Below the pieces are notes generated by a model, which worked only from the letters and a program-made list of their open reading frames with translations, was not told the origin of the DNA and ran no database searches. Shown here piece after piece: positions 61,897 to 64,000 of a stretch of DNA of 64,000 bases (within the stretch, counting starts at the first letter, position 1; each line of letters opens with the position of its first letter). The stretch spans positions 22,134,001 to 22,198,000 of the forward strand of contig NC_135808.1 in assembly GCF_964213995.1 (NCBI RefSeq), in the 5' to 3' direction. Both the position numbers and the translations under genes were made by a program. Source of the stretch: Mustelus asterias (lineage: Eukaryota).

Positions 61897-62066
61897 CACT
61901 GGAAAATAATTAGTCGCCGAATTCAAATAGCAACCTGTCCAGATAATAAGAATTGCACTTTCGGACTGGATGGGAATGTCCATCAAACCGATCACGCAAA
62001 CTGCGTTTGCTGTTTCCCACGGAAAAGGGAACACATCATGAGCAGGGAATACAGCTTTTAGAGTGA

Positions 62067-62588
62067 AAGAACATAAGAACATAAGAAATAGGAGCAGGAG
62101 TAGGCCCTCTAGCCCCTCGAGCCTGCCCCGCCATTCAATAAGATCATGGCTGATCTGACAGTGGTTTAGTTCCACTTACCCGCCCATTCCCCAGAACCCT
62201 TAATTCCCTTATTGATCAGAAATCTATCTACCTGTGACTTGAACATATTTAACGAGGTAGCCTCCACTGCTGCAATGGGCAGAGAATTCCAGAGGTTCTC
62301 TACCCTCTGAGAGAAGAAGTTCCTCCTCAACTCTGTCCTAAACTGACTCCCCCTTATTTTGAGGCTGTGTCCTCTAGTTCTTGTTTCCTTTCTAAGTGGA
62401 AAGAATCTCTCTGCCTCTACCCTGTCTAGCCCCTTCATTATCTTATATGTCTCTGCAAGATCTCCCCTCAACCTTCTGAACTCCAACGGGTACAGGCCCA
62501 ATCTACTCAATCTCTCCTCATAAGCGAACCCCCTCATCTCCGGTATCAACCTGGTGAACCTTCTCTGTACTCCCTCCAAGGCCAATAC
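62067..62588 (-). mobile_element. Young 5'-truncated CR1, same subfamily as 23489..24801
   Basis: LALEGVQRRFTRLIPEMRG...GKWN* is nearly identical to the end of ORF 23392..24705, with the same (TTCTTATG)n tail. Confidence 0.93.
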
Positions 62589-62634
62589 AAAGGAATACAA
62601 ATAAATTGTTTTCTTCATGTTTATGCATTTTACG

Positions 62635-63005
62635 AAGTAAGAAGGTGAAAGGTTAGGCGATGCACCCCGTGAGGTGTTTTCGGAAGGAGAGTTGTTAGAG
62701 GGTGTGATGGAAGAGCGGACCAGTGTATTGTCAGCGGCGAAGGTGGGAGAGGACAGGAAGATGAGTTTGGTGGTGGAATTGCGCTGGAGCTGGTGGAAAA
62801 GCAAAGGGAGGTCAATTAAATGTTCAAGGTGAGGAATGTGAATCCGAGACTGAGAAACAGGGAAAAAGGGAATGGCGCAATCCAATAAGTAGGGTGGGAG
62901 AAAACCTAATCAAGAGAGCTGGGAGAGTCAGTGCAGAGTAAAGACTGGTGAACAGCCATTCCCCTGAAATGGGGATAGACAGGTCGGGAAGCAAATCAAA
63001 TGAAT
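62635..63005 (-). mobile_element. Penelope-like element internal fragment
   Basis: FHQLQRNSTTKLIFLS...TLVRSSITP resembles the RT-to-GIY-YIG linker of vertebrate Penelope elements. Confidence 0.55.
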
Positions 63006-63604
63006 CATGTCAATCTGTGCAGAGTGACTTCCTCTGCATTGAAGATATTCCATAAAATACTAATCAGGTTAGTTTAAGAGGAATGAGGAGCCATTCGGCC
63101 CATCTTGTGGGGCAAAAATATTGACAGAAACCAATTGGACGGACAGTTTCAGTACTGTAAATGTAATGTTGTTCTATGTTGCTGGATTTTTATTGAAGAA
63201 TTCAACAGTTCTTTCATAATTTTGCAGATATTGAAATGCCTTACTTATGAAGAAATGCACGACTATGCATCTAATTATTAACAATGTAACATTGTTAATG
63301 TTTACTGTCCTCAGGCTGACATCTGTGTTCTGAATGTCTATATCTATGCTCGTCTTGAGAGAAAACGCCTCATTGAGTTAAGGGTGGAGATTGGTGTTGG
63401 TTGCATGTGTTAAATAGATAATTACTGTCTGTCAAATTAATCCATTATAGGAATGGATACCCACTGCCAGATTCAATATACAGAAAATAAAATACAATAC
63501 TCCTAACCACAGAACATTGTTGGAAAATATAATCAGCACTACAATGTTTAGCACACAATGTTTGCCGCAACCATACTTATGAGAACCACAGAATCTCTCC
63601 TGTG

Positions 63605-63930
63605 CAGAAGAAGTGAATGCAAGCAGGCTTTTTCCGCTGAGGCTCGGGGAGAAAAAAACCAGAGGGCATGGGTTAAGAGTGAAAGGAGAAAAGTTTAAAG
63701 GGAATATTAGGGGGGGCTTCTTCAAGCAGAGAGTGGTGGGAGTGTGGAATGAGCTGCTGGATAAAGTGGTAATTTAAGAAAAACTTGGACGGGTTCATGG
63801 ATGAGAGAGGTGTGGAGGGATATGGTCCAAGTGCAGGTCAGTGGGACCAGGCAAAAAATGGTTCGGCACAGACAAGAAGGGCCAAAAGGCCTGTTTCTGA
63901 GCTGTAATTTTCTATGGTTTTATGGTTCTA
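63605..63930 (+). mobile_element. CR1 3' end
   Basis: accagagggcatgggttaagagtgaaagg...gtggtgggagtgtggaatg...; tail ttctatggttttatggttcta. Confidence 0.85.
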
Positions 63931-64000
63931 AGTCAATGAGACCCATCGGGTCTGTACAGACTCTCTGATGGAATATCTTACACCCCCCCCCCCCAATCCT

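Noticed and set aside
62166-62885. 239-aa ORF
   Set aside because: It is a chance fusion of a Penelope relic, spacer sequence and a CR1 C-terminus.
55369-64000. Exon 1 of GPCR gene 3
   Set aside because: I searched by eye for the YY..LAVIGVP-G|GTAAG signature on the minus strand and did not find it; it is either deleted or beyond the window.

Overview
Eukaryotic, repeat-rich DNA from a cartilaginous fish. The many HE1/V-SINE copies and CR1/HER1-type LINEs point to a shark or other elasmobranch. The host-gene content is a birth-and-death cluster of two-exon GPR139/GPR142-like class A GPCRs: one intact gene (+; 2248..2311 joined to 4934..5895, 341 aa), one convergent pseudogene with both exons (-; 21430..21493 and 15376..16246), and a more decayed exon 2 (-; about 54520..55368). 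The rest is mostly transposable elements: about 13 HE1 SINEs, SacSINE1/DeuSINE-like copies, two near-full-length and several truncated CR1 LINEs, Penelope fragments with hammerhead-like motifs, Rex1/Babar ends and an integrase-first (Gmr1-type) Gypsy remnant. There is also a 2.5-kb tandem duplication. The most striking structure is a nest. An HE1 SINE tail holds a 5.1-kb hAT element (8-bp TSD), which holds a 1.7-kb PIF/Harbinger-type non-autonomous element (TAA TSD), which carries an AT-rich fold-back hairpin of about 780 bp. A 222-bp piece of the third GPCR pseudogene has also been copied into the 3' UTR of the neighbouring LINE. All alignments and counts were done by eye and no databases were searched.
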